Below, in pieces: positions 1 through 12,798 of a DNA stretch of 64,000 bases. The notes below the pieces were generated by a model, which worked only from the letters and a program-made list of their open reading frames with translations, searched no databases and was not told the origin of the DNA. The stretch spans positions 97,226,796 to 97,290,795 of the forward strand of contig NC_083413.1 in the NCBI RefSeq assembly GCF_020745735.1. The letters run 5' to 3'. The first letter of the stretch is position 1. Every line of letters begins with the position of its first letter. Made by a program: the position numbers and the translations under genes. The stretch is from Hemiscyllium ocellatum. Its lineage: Eukaryota.

Positions 1-388
1 ATGGTGAGGAATGACCTTATAGAGATTTTCAAAATTATGAGGGACATGAATAGGATAAATAGGCATTTTTTGCCTGGAGTCAGGGAGTCCAGAACTAGAG
101 GGCCATAGGTTCAGGGTGAGAGGGAAAGATATAAAAGAGACCAAAGGGGCAACTTTTTCACGCAGAGGGTGGTACGTGTATGAAATGAGCTGCCAGAGGA
201 TGTGGTGGAGACTGGTACAATTGCAACATTTAAGAGGCATTTGGATAGATATATGAAAAGGAAGGGTTTGGAGGGATATGGATGGGTGCTGGCAGGTGGG
301 ACTAGATTGGGTTGGGACATCTGGTCAGCATGGACGGGTTGGACCAAAGGACTGTTCCCATGTTGTACATCTCTATGACTCTGACTCT
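1..388 (+). mobile_element. CR1/HER1-type LINE, 3' end of ORF2 plus tail
   Basis: Translates to DLIEIFKIMRDMNRIN and RGNFFTQRVVRV-like CR1 C-terminal motifs; ends in short (ctctatga/ctct) tail repeats. Confidence 0.85.
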
Positions 389-1759
389 AAATGGCCAGTT
401 TCCATGCCATAGTGATTGTACGAGAAAGTCATTCGGACAGGGTACATAATAGGAAATGTTTGGATGCATATAGACCAAGGGAGGCAGGTGAGATTAACTT
501 AGTTTGGAATTATGGTTGACATGGATTGATTGGACCACAGGATCTGTTCTGTGCTATATAACATTCCAACTCTAATTCCTTGCTATCTCTACATTCCTTC
601 CTCTTCACATCTCTGCCTATCACTATCACCTCATCCAGCCTCACAACTCTTCCTTATCTCTAATAATTCCTCTCCAGCCTCAGAACCCTCCCTAACTCTA
701 ATCCCTTCCAGTCTCTCAAAGCTCTGCTACATCTGCCTTCCTTTGATTCCAGCCTTGAGGATACCCCATTTTTATTTCTCACTTGATGAATTTCTCACTT
801 CAGTTTTCCTGTTCCGAGCTCTAGAATTCCTCCTAAACTTCTCCATCTCACCTTCCTCCCAAACACATTGACCAATCATGTGTCATCTATTCTAATATCA
901 CCTTTTCTGACCTGGTTTCAGAGGTGGCCTGTCATATCCCTATAATAAGTGTCTCGAGGTTTACAGCACAGAAAAAGGCTCCGTGGGCCATTGAGTCTGT
1001 GACAGGAAAGAAAACTACCACCTAACTATCCTAATCCATTTTCCAATACTTGGTCCATCACGTTATCTGTCTTGGCATTGCGAGTGTGCACCTAAATATA
1101 TCTGAAATGTTGTTGGGATTTCTGTGTCTCCCACCCTTCCAGGCAGTGAAGCTTAGTGCAACTCGATGATGCCATCACCCACAGGAACACAGAGCAGCTG
1201 GGTCTGTGCAAACCAGAGATCGCCCACACATTGGGAAGGATGGCAGGGTCCCTGAGGGGGGCACAGGAGATTTACCAGGATGGTTCAAGGAATGGGAGAT
1301 TTTAGTAGCGTGTTTTGGATTTTTTTTACACGATTCATTTAATGATATGGTGTTGCAGATACATAGAGAATATCGATCTACGATACATGGACTCTCCTTC
1401 TCCCCTTTCCTGGGCTGTGGTAACCTTCAGGTTAAACCAGCACCAGCCATCTCTCCCTAATGAGAGAGCAGCCTTTTACCCAGTGATGTCACTGTGCCTC
1501 GGGATGGGGGAGAGGAATGCTGAAGGTGGTGGATGGGACACCACTCGGGCACAGTGCTTTGTCCTGGAGGATGTTCACTTTCTTTAATATTGTTGGGGGC
1601 TGCACTGATGCAGGCAAGTGGAGAATGTTCCAACACAATCCTGATGTGTACCTTATAGAGAGCAAACAGACATTGGGGAATCAGGGGTTTGGGGAAACTG
1701 AGATCGTTCTCCTTGGAGCAGAGGAAATTGAGGGGAGCTGTGACAGAGCAGTTTACAAA

Positions 1760-2020
1760 TGTTACACGTTATAATAATAAACCTTACACCCATCAGCTCA
1801 TTATACAAGGGTTACAGGACACATTGAAGGTTTGGGGAGATCTATTGAGACAATGGGCTGATTCAAAGGAGAACTTTGATGCAGCAATGGGATTGAGCTG
1901 GAATACAATACTCAGACACAATGTGAATATCCAGGTCCTGATGAATTGAGTAATTCTGTCAGAGTTAGGCATTACAATTACTGAGATTACCATCTGAATA
2001 CCCACCTGTATATCCTGTAA
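1760..2020 (+). pseudogene. Possible C-terminal (HR-B/membrane anchor) fragment of a retro-element envelope gene
   Basis: Frame reads HQLIIQGLQDTLKVWGDLLRQWADSKENFD...LSWNTILRHNVNIQVLMN*VILSELGITITEITI*IPTCISC: an amphipathic helix, a Trp-containing juxtamembrane segment, then a hydrophobic stretch and Cys. Family link is inferred. Confidence 0.4.
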
Positions 2021-2367
2021 TACAAGTTTATAAAATCCGTCACTGTCAGTTCAGGTTAGAAACGCACACCATCCCCTTCTCCTGGCCCAGGATGACTGGA
2101 CACATTCCCCCTTGTGGAGGGCAGCATCAATTCAGAGGGAAATCTATGTGGGTTTCTATGAGTTTCCACCTTGGGACTTCATGTGACTGAACAGGCAGAT
2201 CTTTGACTCATGGGACAGAATGTTCCAAGAGTCAGTGAGATATGGAGAGCAGGATTTGCTTTTCTTTCCTTCCGTGCTGCCGCTGTGCCTCATCAATAAG
2301 ACATGAGGTGTGAAAGGCTCACGCAGCTTGATGGGTAAGATGTCTCCACTCTGACTAATGGGCAGCA

Positions 2368-3720
2368 AGCACCCGGCCCATATCCCTCCAAACTCTTCCT
2401 ATTCGGATACCCATCCAAATGCCTCTTAAATGTTGCAATTGTACCAGCCTCCATGACATCCCCTGGCAGCTCATTCCATACACGTACCACCCACTGCGTG
2501 AAAAAGTTGCCCCTTAGGTCTCTTTTATATCTTTCCCCTCTCACCCTAAACCTGTGCCCTCTAGTTCTGGACTCCCTGACCCCAAGGAAAAAAAATGCCT
2601 ACTTATCCTATCCATGCCCCTCATAATTTTGTAAACCTCTATAAGGTCACCCCTCAGCCTCTGACACTCTAGGGAAAACAGCCCTAGCCTGTTCAGCCTC
2701 TCCCTATAGCTCAGATCCTCCAACCCTGGCAACATCCTAGTAAATCTACTCTGAAACCTTTCAAGTTTCACAACATCTTTCCAATAGGAAGGAGACCAGA
2801 ATTGCATGCGATATTCCAACAGTGGTCTAACGAATATCCTGTACAGCCGCAACATGACCTCTCAACTCCTGTACTCAATACTCTGACCAATAAAGGAAAG
2901 CATACCAAACGCCTTCTTCACTGTCCTATCTACCTGCGACTCCACTTTCAAGGAGCTAAGAACCTGCACTCCAAGGTCTCTTTGTTCAGCAACACTCCCT
3001 AGGACCTTACCATTAAGTGTATAAGTCCTGCTAAGATTTGCTTTCCCAAAATGCAGCACCTCGCATTTATCTGAATTAAACTCCATCTGCCACTTCTCAG
3101 CCCATTGGCCCATCTGGTCAAGATCCTGTTGTAAGCTGAGGTAACCCTCTTCGCTGTCCACTGCACCTCCAATTTTGGTGTCATCTGCAAACTTACTATC
3201 TGTACCTCTTATGCTCGCATCCAAATCATTTATGTAAATGACAAAAAGTAGAGGACCCAGCACTGATCCTTGTGGCACTCCACTGGTCACAGGCCTCCAG
3301 TCTGAAAAACAACCCTCCACCACCACCCTCTGTCTTCTACCTTTGAGCTAGTTCTGTATCCAAATGGCTAGTTCTCCATTAGTTCCATGAGATCTAACGT
3401 TGCTAATCAGTCTCCCATGGGGAACCTTGTCGAACGCCTTACTGAAGTCCATATGGATCACATCTACTGCTCTGCCCTCATCAATCTTCTTTGTTACTTC
3501 ATTAAAGAACTCAATCAAGTTTGTGAGACATGATTTCCCATGCAAAAAGCCATGTTAACTATCCCAAATCAGTCCTTGCCTTTCCAAATACATGTACATC
3601 CTGTCCCTCAGGATTCCCCCCAACAACTTGCCCCCCACCACCAAGGTCGGGCTCACCGGTCTATAGTTCCCTGGCTTGGCTTTACCGCCCTTCTTAAGCA
3701 GTGGCACCACATTTGCCAAG
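2368..3720 (-). mobile_element. CR1/HER1-type LINE fragment (RT domain to 3' tail)
   Basis: ORFs 2862-3326 (SGVPQGSVLGPLLFVIYIND, KFADDTK), 3348-3545 (DFSKAFDKVPHG) and 2541-2855 are CR1 ORF2 motifs. Confidence 0.95.
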
Positions 3721-4034
3721 CTGCTAGAGGAAGTGATGAGGGCTGGTACAATTACGACATTTAAAAGGCATCAGGATGAGTATGTGAATAGAAGGGTTTA
3801 GAGGGATATCAGCCAAGTGCTAGCAAATGGAATGAAATGAGATGAGAATATCTGGACGAGTTGGACAGGAAGTCTGTTTCCAAGCTGTGCATCTCTGTGA
3901 CTCTGTGCCTCTGAATAGTCTATTGCAGAGAGTTTCAGACAGGGCTTGGTTTGTGTGTCCTCTCATGCTTCCTCAGAATCTGCAAACCCTCTGTCTCCAA
4001 ATTTCCACAAGACTCTAAGAAATAGAAAAAAGAC

Positions 4035-7000
4035 GGTCAGTACTGAGGGAATGCTGTACTGTCGGAGGGTCAGTACTGAGGGAGTGCTGCACTGTCAGAG
4101 GGTCAGTACTGAGGGAGTGCTGCACCGTCAGAGGGTCAGTACTGAGGGAATGCTGTACTGTCGGAGGGTCAGCACTGAGAGTGCTGCACTGTCAGAGGGT
4201 CAGTACTGAGGGAGTGAGCTGTACTGTTGGAGGGTCAGCACTGAGGGAGTGCTGCACTGTCAGAGGGTCAGTACTGAGGGAGTGCTGTACTGTGTGAGCG
4301 TCAGTACTGAGGGAGTGCCACACCGTCAGAGGGTCAGTACTGAGGAAAACTGCACTGTGTGAGCGTCAGTACTGAGGGAGTGCTGCACTGTCAGAGGGTC
4401 AGTACTGAGGGATCACTGCGCTGTCAGAGGGTCAGTACTGAGGGACTGCTGCATTGCCAGAGGGTCAGTACTAAGGATCACCGCCACTGTAGGACTGTCA
4501 GTAGTGAGGGACTGCTGCATTACCAGAGGGCCATCTCTGACGAGAACTACACTATCAAAGGGTCAATACTGAGGGAGCACCACATTGTCTGAGTTTCAGT
4601 CCAGAGGGAATGCCATACTGTCAGAGGCTCTGTACTCAGAGAGCACTGCACCATCAGAGAGTCAGTACTGATAAGCACTACACTGTCAGACGGTCAGCAC
4701 TGGGGGAGCGAGCCCTATCAAAAGGTCAATATTGAGGAGCGCTACACAGTGAGAGTGTCAGTTTTCTGAGTGGGTTCTATTTCAGAGGCAGTACAGAGAG
4801 AGTGCTGCACTGTCAGAGGGTCAGTATTGAGGGAGTACGCACTGTGTGAGAGCATCAGAACTTAGGGATGCGCACTGTCAGAGGGTCAGTACTGAGGGAT
4901 CACTGCGCTGTCAGAGGGTCAGTACTGAGAGAGAGCTGCACTGTCAGAGGGTCAGTATTGAGAGGAGTACGCACTGTGAGAGCATCAGAACTTAGGGAGT
5001 GCGCACTGTCAGAGGGTCAGTACTGAGGGATCACTGCGCTGTCAGAGGGTCAGTACTGAGAGAGAGCTGCACTGTCAGAGGGTCAGTATTGAGGGAGTAC
5101 GCACTGTGTGAGAGCATCAGAACTTAGGGAGTGCGCACTGTCAGAGGGTCAGTACTGAGGGATCACTGCGCTGTCAGAGGTCAGTACTGAGAGAGAGCTG
5201 CACTGTCAGAGGGTCAGTATTGAGGGAGTACGCACTGTGTGAGAGCATCAGAACTTAGGGAGTGCGCACTGTCAGAGGGTCAGTACTGAGGGATCACTGC
5301 GCTGTCAGAGGGTCAGTACTGAGGAGTGCTGCATTGCCAGAGAGTCAGTACTAAGGGATCACCGTACTGTCAGACTGTCAGTAGTGAGGGACTGCTGCAT
5401 TACCAGAGGACCATCTCTGATGAGAACTACACAGTCAAAGGGTTAGGACTGAGGGAGCACCACACTGTCTGAGGTTCAGTCCAGAGGGAATGCCACTGTC
5501 AGAGGCTCTGTACTCAGAGAGCACTGCACCATCAGAGGGTCAGTACTGAGTAAGCACTACACTGTCAGAGGGTCAGTAATGGGGGAGCGAGCCCTACCAA
5601 AAGATCAGTATTGAGGGAGTGCTACACAGTGAGAGTGTCAGTTCTGAGTGAGTGCTATTTCAGAGGGTCAGTACAGAGAGAGTGCTGCACTGTCAGAGGG
5701 TCAGTATTGACAGAGTGCTGCACTGTCAGAGGGTCAGTACTGAGAGAGAGCTGCACTGTCAGAGGGTCAGTACTGAGGGGGAGCTGCACTGCCGGAGGTC
5801 AGTACTATGGTTGTGCTGTGTAGTGAGACGGTCAGTAGTGAGGAATTGCTCACTCTCTGAGGGTCAGTACTAAGGGATCAGCATGCTGTCAGAGTGCCGC
5901 ACTGTGAGAGGTTAGTACTGTGGGAGTGCTGCGCTGTATGTCAGTCAGTACTGAGGAGCACCACGCTGTCTGTCAGACAGTCAGTTCTGAGGGAACACCG
6001 CACTGTGAGGGGGGGGTGGGTGGGTGGGGGGGGGGGTTCGTCCTGACTGAGAAGCACCGTGCTGTGTGTCAGAGGTCAGTATTGAGGCCTGCTGCATTGC
6101 CAGAGGGTCAGTACTGAGAGTGCTACACTGTCAAATGGTCAGCATTGAGGGACAGTGCACTGTCAGTTGTTCAGTCCAGAGGGAATGCCACACTGTCAAA
6201 GGATCTGTACTGAGAGAGCACTGCACATCAGAGGGTCAGTACTGAGAGAACACTACCCTGTCAGAGTCAATACTGAGACATTGCTGCACTATCAGAGGTG
6301 CAGGACCGAGACAGTGCCACACTGCCAGAGGATCAGCATCAAGGGAGTTGTGCTCTGTCGGAGGGCCAGTACTGAGGGAATGCTGCAGTATCAGAGGGTC
6401 AGTACTCAGGGAGCACTGCAATGTCAGACGGCCAGTACTGCGGGAGCGCTGCACTGTCAGTGGTCAGTACTGAGGGAGCACTGCAATGTCAGAGGGTCAG
6501 TACTAGGGAGTGCTGCACTGTCAGAGGGTCAGTACTGAGGAGTGCTGCACTGTCAGAGGGTCAGTACTGAGGGAGTGCTGCACTGTAGAAATGTCAATGC
6601 AAAGAGAGTGCTGCAGAGTCAGAGGGTCAGTACTGAGGAATGCTGTGGCGTTAGAGGCTCACTTCTGAGGGAGTGCTGCAGTGGAAAGGATCAGTGCTAT
6701 GGAAGGGAGTGCTGCACTGTCAGGGGTCAGTACTGAGTGACCGCTGACTGTCAGGGGTGCAGACCAAGGGAGTGCTGCACTGCCACACTGTCAGCATGAC
6801 GGAGTGCTGCACTGTCAGAGGTCAGGACTGAGGGAGTGCTGCACTCTCAGAGGGTCAGTACTGAGGGAGTGCTGCAAAGTCAGAGGGTCAGTACTAAGGG
6901 AGCGCCGCACTGTCAGGGGTGCAGGACCAAGGGAGTGCTGCACTGTCAGCGTGTCAGTTCTGAGGGAGAGATGCACTGTCAGAGTGTCAGAACTGAGGGA

Positions 7001-7450
7001 GTGCAGCACTGTCAGTGGATCAGTATGGAGGGAGTGCAGCATTGTCTGAGGGTCAGGACGAAGGAAGCACTGCAATGTCAGAGGGTCAGTACAGAGGGAG
7101 TGTTGCACTGTCAGGGGTGCAGGACCAAGGAGTGCTGCACAGTCAGCGTGTCAGTTCTGAGGGAGTGCCGCATGTCAGAGAGTCAGTAGAGACGGAGTGC
7201 TGCACTGTCAAAGGGTCGGTTTGAGGGATGGATGCACTGTCAGAGGGTCAGGACGGAGGAAGCACTGCAATGTCAGAGGGTCAGTACTGAGGGAGTGTCG
7301 TACTGTCAGAGTCAGTTCTGAGGGAGTGATGGACTGTCAGAGGGTCAGTTTGACGGAGGGCTCACTGTCAGAGAGTCAGCACTGCGGGCGTGCCGCACTG
7401 TCAATGGATCAGTACTGTGGGAATGCTGCACTTTCAGAGGGTCAGTACTG
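4035..7450 (+). repeat. 33-bp tandem satellite, about 100 degenerate units, consensus CACTGTCAGAGGGTCAGTACTGAGGGAGTGCTG
   Basis: Unit visible directly and contains the palindrome CAGTACTG; higher-order 130-132 bp and 880 bp periodicities inside. Confidence 0.95.
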
Positions 7451-8155
7451 ACTGAGCGCAGCACTATCTTGTGGCCTAAGAGGAATATCTGAAATTGTTC
7501 AGTACCTTTCAGCCTCTGTCCCTGCTCAGCAATGATTCCCACATCCAAATTCCAGAGACTGTGTTCAAACAGACCGCCTTCATTTGGTTATTAAACCTGA
7601 AGAGGTTCCACCCTCTTTTCCCAGGGTTGGAGTTTTCGTTTCACGTGACTGACCTGCCAGCTCAAAGGGATATTTTCATGCTGCAGGGCAGAGGTTTATT
7701 CCTCAGCTTCCATGTGCTCATCCCAAATGAATCCCACTGCCCTGCACTCAGCAGAGTCATGTGTTCCTTATTTCTGAGCTTCCAATGCTAATCCACATCC
7801 AGACTGACATCCCACACTCTTCCAAATTGCATTGGAGGTTAATTGCCTGGGAGAGAGGAGTGCTAAGAGGGGAAATAAAAATCTGAAGGACTTTACAGTG
7901 ACATTAAGGGTGAATTGATAATGAGAGAAAGAGGAGGTTGTGGAACACAGTGAGAGTTTGTGCATGGACTCAGAGGGTGTAGTGAATGGATGCATTATGT
8001 CAATGCTCATTGGGACAGGGGTGATATGACATCATGGAGATGTTCTGTGATACAATTAAATGAATTAGCATCTATATATAGAGAGAGATGGTTCTGAGTG
8101 GTCTGATCTTCTTAAAACCCAATAAATCTCCAAAGACGGTGGAAATGTATCTCAG

Positions 8156-8823
8156 CTGAAAATGTGTTGCTGGTTAAAGCACAGCAGGTTAGGCAGCATC
8201 CAAGGAATAGGAAATTCGACGTTTCGGGCATAAGCCTTTCATCAGGAATTGTAGATGAAGAACAGCAGAGGTCCTTTGCAGGTCTGTGAGAGTGTTGTCC
8301 TGAGCTGGGGTAGGGCTGATTGCAGGGAATGTAGGTAGCGACGTATGGCTGCAAGGGTGGAGCGGAGGATCCGGAGGGAGGTCTGATGCTGGAGGCTTCG
8401 GATTTGTTGTAGGTACAGGTTGTCCTGGTTGGGTCCAAATTTTGTTGGTTGGAATGTAGTTCGGAGTCCGTGTGGGATCAGTCGGTTCCGTAGGCAGGTG
8501 CTGAGGAAGGAGATGTGGCTGTGGTAACGAGTCTGTTTGAGAACGTGGCTGAAGAGCTTCTGTGCAGAGGAGATGACCTGGGGGGTGCAGTGAGAGAGAG
8601 ACTCACTGAAATCCTTGTAGAGGGAGGAAGAGAGCTTCTTCAAGGAAGGCATCCTTGCAAGAGGATTTGCAGCAGGTTAAAATCTTCGGGTAAAAAATGA
8701 GGTCTGCAGATGCTGGAGATCACAGCTGAAAATGTGTTGCTGGTTAAAGCACAGCAGCCAGGCAGCATCTCAGGAATAGGGAATTCGACGTTTCGGGCAT
8801 AAGCCCTTCATCAGGAATCAAAC
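8156..8823 (-). mobile_element. Internally deleted Penelope-like element (pLTR - ORF 5' part - pLTR)
   Basis: Matches the 5' ORF of the full copy (MPSLKKLSSSLYKDF...); flanked by 16-bp direct repeat TGGAAATGTATCTCAG at 8140-8155 and 8824-8839. Confidence 0.9.
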
Positions 8824-8839
8824 TGGAAATGTATCTCAG

Positions 8840-9790
8840 TTTACCGAATGAGGTGATGGAGGAAGTAACAGGTACACGAGCAAACATTTTCAAATCCCCT
8901 CTGGCCACAGGAGAGGTGACGTTGGACTGGCCACGTGGTACTGTTACTCAAGAAGGAGCATGGGATATACCAGGCAGCTACAGGCCAGTCAGGCTAATAT
9001 CGTGGGTGGGACGACTGTTGGAAGCAATTTTGGAGATAGAATTAATCAGCATTTAAAGAGACTGGAGTTCATGAAGAACAGTCAGAATGGTTCTGTTAAG
9101 GGGAGGTCAGGTCTGACCAATGGGATTGCACTTTTTAAGGAGGTGACCAGGTGTGTAAATAAGGGCAATGTTTTCCTGTCGTACGCTTGGAGGTCAGTAA
9201 GGCTTTTATCAGGACCCATACCGGACACTGACAGTGAACATAAAAACTCAACATCCAAGGAATTTGGCGCAGAACGCTGAGTGGGAGGAAGCAGACAGTG
9301 ATGGCCCAATTAGAAATCTCTGTCCATTCCTGTCTCACAGAAGTTACTGTTGGGTGTCCTGCTGGTGTGCTGATAGAAAAGATTTAGATTTGAATGGTGG
9401 ATGGTTAATCATTGGGTTCATGAATGACACGAAGATTGGTGGGGTGATAAATACTGAGGAGGATAGCCTTAGGTTACAGAAGGATGGAGATGGCCTTGTC
9501 AGATGGACCGAGCCGTGGTAACGGGTGAGGTGCCCGAAGACTGGAGGGTGATTAATGATGGGCCATTATTGAAGTAAGGCTGCAAGGTACAGCCATTGAA
9601 CTATGGAGCTGTGAGCCTGATGGCAGTGGTGGGTAAGCTGTTGGAGGGCATTCTGAGAGACAATTTACATGCATTTGGAAAAGCAAGAATTGATTAGGCA
9701 TGGTCAGCATGGTTTGTAGAAATGGCTTGTCCAATTTGATTGAGTTTTTGAAGTGTTGACTGAGAAGATAGATGAGAAGGTTTCACATGG
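8840..9790 (+). mobile_element. Decayed CR1-type LINE ORF2 fragments
   Basis: PGSYRPVRLISWVGRLLE, NGSVKGRSGLTN and DTKIGGVI remnants. Confidence 0.75.
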
Positions 9791-9837
9791 GAGACTGCTT
9801 AGTAAAAGGTTAGATGGCATGACATGCAGGGAGAGAG

Positions 9838-10130
9838 GACAGCACGGTGCCTCAATGGTTAGCACTGCTTCCTCACAGCACCAAGGATGCAACTTTGATT
9901 CTAGCTCCTGGTCACTGTGTGAAGTTTACACATTCTCCCTGTATCTGTGGGTTTCCTCCGGGTGCTCCAGTTTCTACTGACAATCCAAAGATGTGCAGTT
10001 TAGGTGGGGTGGCCATGGGAAATGCAGAATTACCGGATAGAATAGAGAGTTTGAGTGTAGGTGGGATGCTTTTCAGACAGTCGCTGAAGACCTGATGTGC
10101 CGAATGGCTTGGTTTTACATTGTAGGAATT
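9838..10130 (+). mobile_element. HE1-type SINE, diverged
   Basis: tRNA-like head (ggttagcactgcttcctcacagc), HE1 core (tgtgtgaagtttacacattctcc...ccaaagatgtgcag) and LINE-derived tail. Confidence 0.75.
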
Positions 10131-10762
10131 CTGCGATTAATCCAGAGACCCAATAATGTTCTGAGGACCAGGGCTCCAACCTTGGACTGCAGTGGATGTG
10201 GGTCCTTACAGTCTGAAGGGATTTGTGGATGAACGCAGTCTGAGAGTTGGGCTGGGCTGTGTTCTGAGGTGTTGAGGGTGTGAATGTTTTGTGGAGGTGA
10301 TGTCAGAGGGGCATTGTGGGTAAACACAATGGAGTGGTGCTTTCTGAGGTATGAGGGAGCACTATCTGGTGGTACAAGGTGCAGAAGGTAGGAAGGTACA
10401 GACACACTTCCCTGATCATTCCCTCAGGGTCCGCAAGGCCCGCTGGTGTGGTAATTTGGGACGGAGGCCACGTCCATTTTAGAAGATTCAGATCTTTTAA
10501 ACAATCAGTGAAAAGTAACATCACCATGTGTCTTAAACATGGATTGGAGGAAAACTGTTGTCAACCTAAGGTCACTTGTTGCTTGGAGACGCTTTAGAAA
10601 AGCAGGCACCCAAACAGACCAACGCTGTCGATGCAAGAAGTGGTGCACAGGAAGATCCAACAAGTCATTTGTAGTTGCAGTCTGTCTCCCTAGAGCAGTC
10701 ATCATGCAAGGTCAGGGTTCAGTCCGAGGAGAGGGAACTCTCCATCGAACCTTCCTCTACTT

Positions 10763-11043
10763 NNNNNNNNNNNNNNNNNNNNNNNNNNNNNNNNNNNNNN
10801 NNNNNNNNNNNNNNNNNNNNNNNNNNNNNNNNNNNNNNNNNNNNNNNNNNNNNNNNNNNNNNNNNNNNNNNNNNNNNNNNNNNNNNNNNNNNNNNNNNNN
10901 NNNNNNNNNNNNNNNNNNNNNNNNNNNNNNNNNNNNNNNNNNNNNNNNNNNNNNNNNNNNNNNNNNNNNNNNNNNNNNNNNNNNNNNNNNNNNNNNNNNN
11001 NNNNNNNNNNNNNNNNNNNNNNNNNNNNNNNNNNNNNNNNNNN
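10763..11043. other. Assembly gap (281 N)
   Basis: N run. Confidence 1.
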
Positions 11044-11440
11044 TGTGTATCTCTGTGTGTGTGAGTGTGTGTGTGTATCTCTGTGTGTGAGGTGTGTGTA
11101 TCTCTGTGTGTGTGAGAGAGAGACAGAGGGCAAGTGTCTGTCCATGTGTGTGAGAGAGAGTGCGTGTGTATATCTCTGTGTCTACGTGTGTGAGAGAGGG
11201 ATTATGTGTTTGCGTATGTGTCTGTCTGAGTGTGTGTTTGTGTGCGTGTGTGTGTGTGAGAGAGAGAGGAATGTGTTGTGTTTGAGAGAGTGAGAGTGTG
11301 TGTTTGAAAGAGAGAGTGTGTGTTTGTGTGTATGTTGTGAGAGAGAGGAATGTGTGTGTGCAAGAGAGAGAGTGTGTGTATGTTTGAGGGAGTGAGAGAG
11401 TGTGTGTGTTTGAGAGAGTGAGAGAGTTGTGTGTGTGTAA
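11044..11440. repeat. Compound (TG)n/(AG)n low-complexity tract
   Basis: Directly visible. Confidence 0.9.
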
Positions 11441-12423
11441 ACTAGCCAGTCTTATTGTGTGCCCAGCTGCTGTTTCAGGTGAATTGTTCCTTGTGTCTCC
11501 ATAGACACAAAAGCTGCAAGAGTTGATGAACTGGGGAAAGAGAGTGTTGTTCATTCCAGTGGGAATTCATCCAGTAAACCTTCTCTGAACCATTCCTCAC
11601 ACACTAACGTCCCTCTGGCAGTGCAGTGACTGGTCCTGCACACAGGGCTCCAGGTACAAACCAATGTAATATCACCGTAGTCTTACCAGAGCATGGGACA
11701 GCTCCTCATCACAGAGCAGTGTCTGGTGGGGATTTAATCAGAGGGTCACCATGGCCCCAGCTGAGGGGAGAGGTTGGGAAGGAGAGCCCTTCAGGGACTG
11801 AAACCACGCTATTGGTTTTACTCTGCATTGTAAACCAACTGTCCAGCCAACTGTGCTAACTGACTTCATTCCGGGGCATGCCCTGTATAACCCAATCATA
11901 GCCAGCCTGCACCTCAATAGGAGCCACAAGCAAGGCCATTCGGCCCCCACTCTAACCCAGAAGGGAGAGTACGGGAAGCTGATGAAGGAAACAAGCCCCT
12001 CCCATGTGGCCTTCTGAAATGGAGCTGGAGGACAGAGCAGACCTGGCCTGCTGTTTGCTTCCCTGAGACTGGCCTGCTCCACGTGAGGGAGAGACTGAGG
12101 GGAACCTCGAGGAGATTTCACTTCTCACTGAGAGGCTGCAACTCCAATCCAAATCAGGCTGGTTCCCTCCGAGACTCACGGAAGAGTGCAGCACTCTACA
12201 GATCAGGCCCTTGTGGAGTCATAACCTCCAGTGTGTGGGCCCAGAGCTGGGAGATAGCATTAAGAACATAAGACCACCCGAAATAGGAATAGGAGGAGAC
12301 CATCCTGCCCTTTGAGCCGGCTCTGCTATTCAATAGGATCATGGATGATTCAACATTTGATTTGGGAGCTGAAACCCGGACAGCACAGAGACAGAGAATC
12401 AAATTATTCTGCCATGAAGAATC

Positions 12424-12798
12424 NNNNNNNNNNNNNNNNNNNNNNNNNNNNNNNNNNNNNNNNNNNNNNNNNNNNNNNNNNNNNNNNNNNNNNNNNNNNN
12501 NNNNNNNNNNNNNNNNNNNNNNNNNNNNNNNNNNNNNNNNNNNNNNNNNNNNNNNNNNNNNNNNNNNNNNNNNNNNNNNNNNNNNNNNNNNNNNNNNNNN
12601 NNNNNNNNNNNNNNNNNNNNNNNNNNNNNNNNNNNNNNNNNNNNNNNNNNNNNNNNNNNNNNNNNNNNNNNNNNNNNNNNNNNNNNNNNNNNNNNNNNNN
12701 NNNNNNNNNNNNNNNNNNNNNNNNNNNNNNNNNNNNNNNNNNNNNNNNNNNNNNNNNNNNNNNNNNNNNNNNNNNNNNNNNNNNNNNNNNNNNNNNNN
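12424..12798. other. Assembly gap (375 N)
   Basis: N run. Confidence 1.

Noticed and set aside
4035-7450. CRISPR-like regular 33-bp repeats and Cys/His-rich ORFs (VLHCQRVSTEG)n
   Set aside because: Units are head-to-tail with no unique spacers, in a eukaryotic context without cas genes; the ORFs arise because the unit length is a multiple of 3 and they occur in several frames.
10428-10760. Possible exon after ttccctcag, with a basic amphipathic WRKTVVNLRSLVAWRRFRK segment
   Set aside because: No recognisable family, stops in alternative frames, and it ends in a gap.
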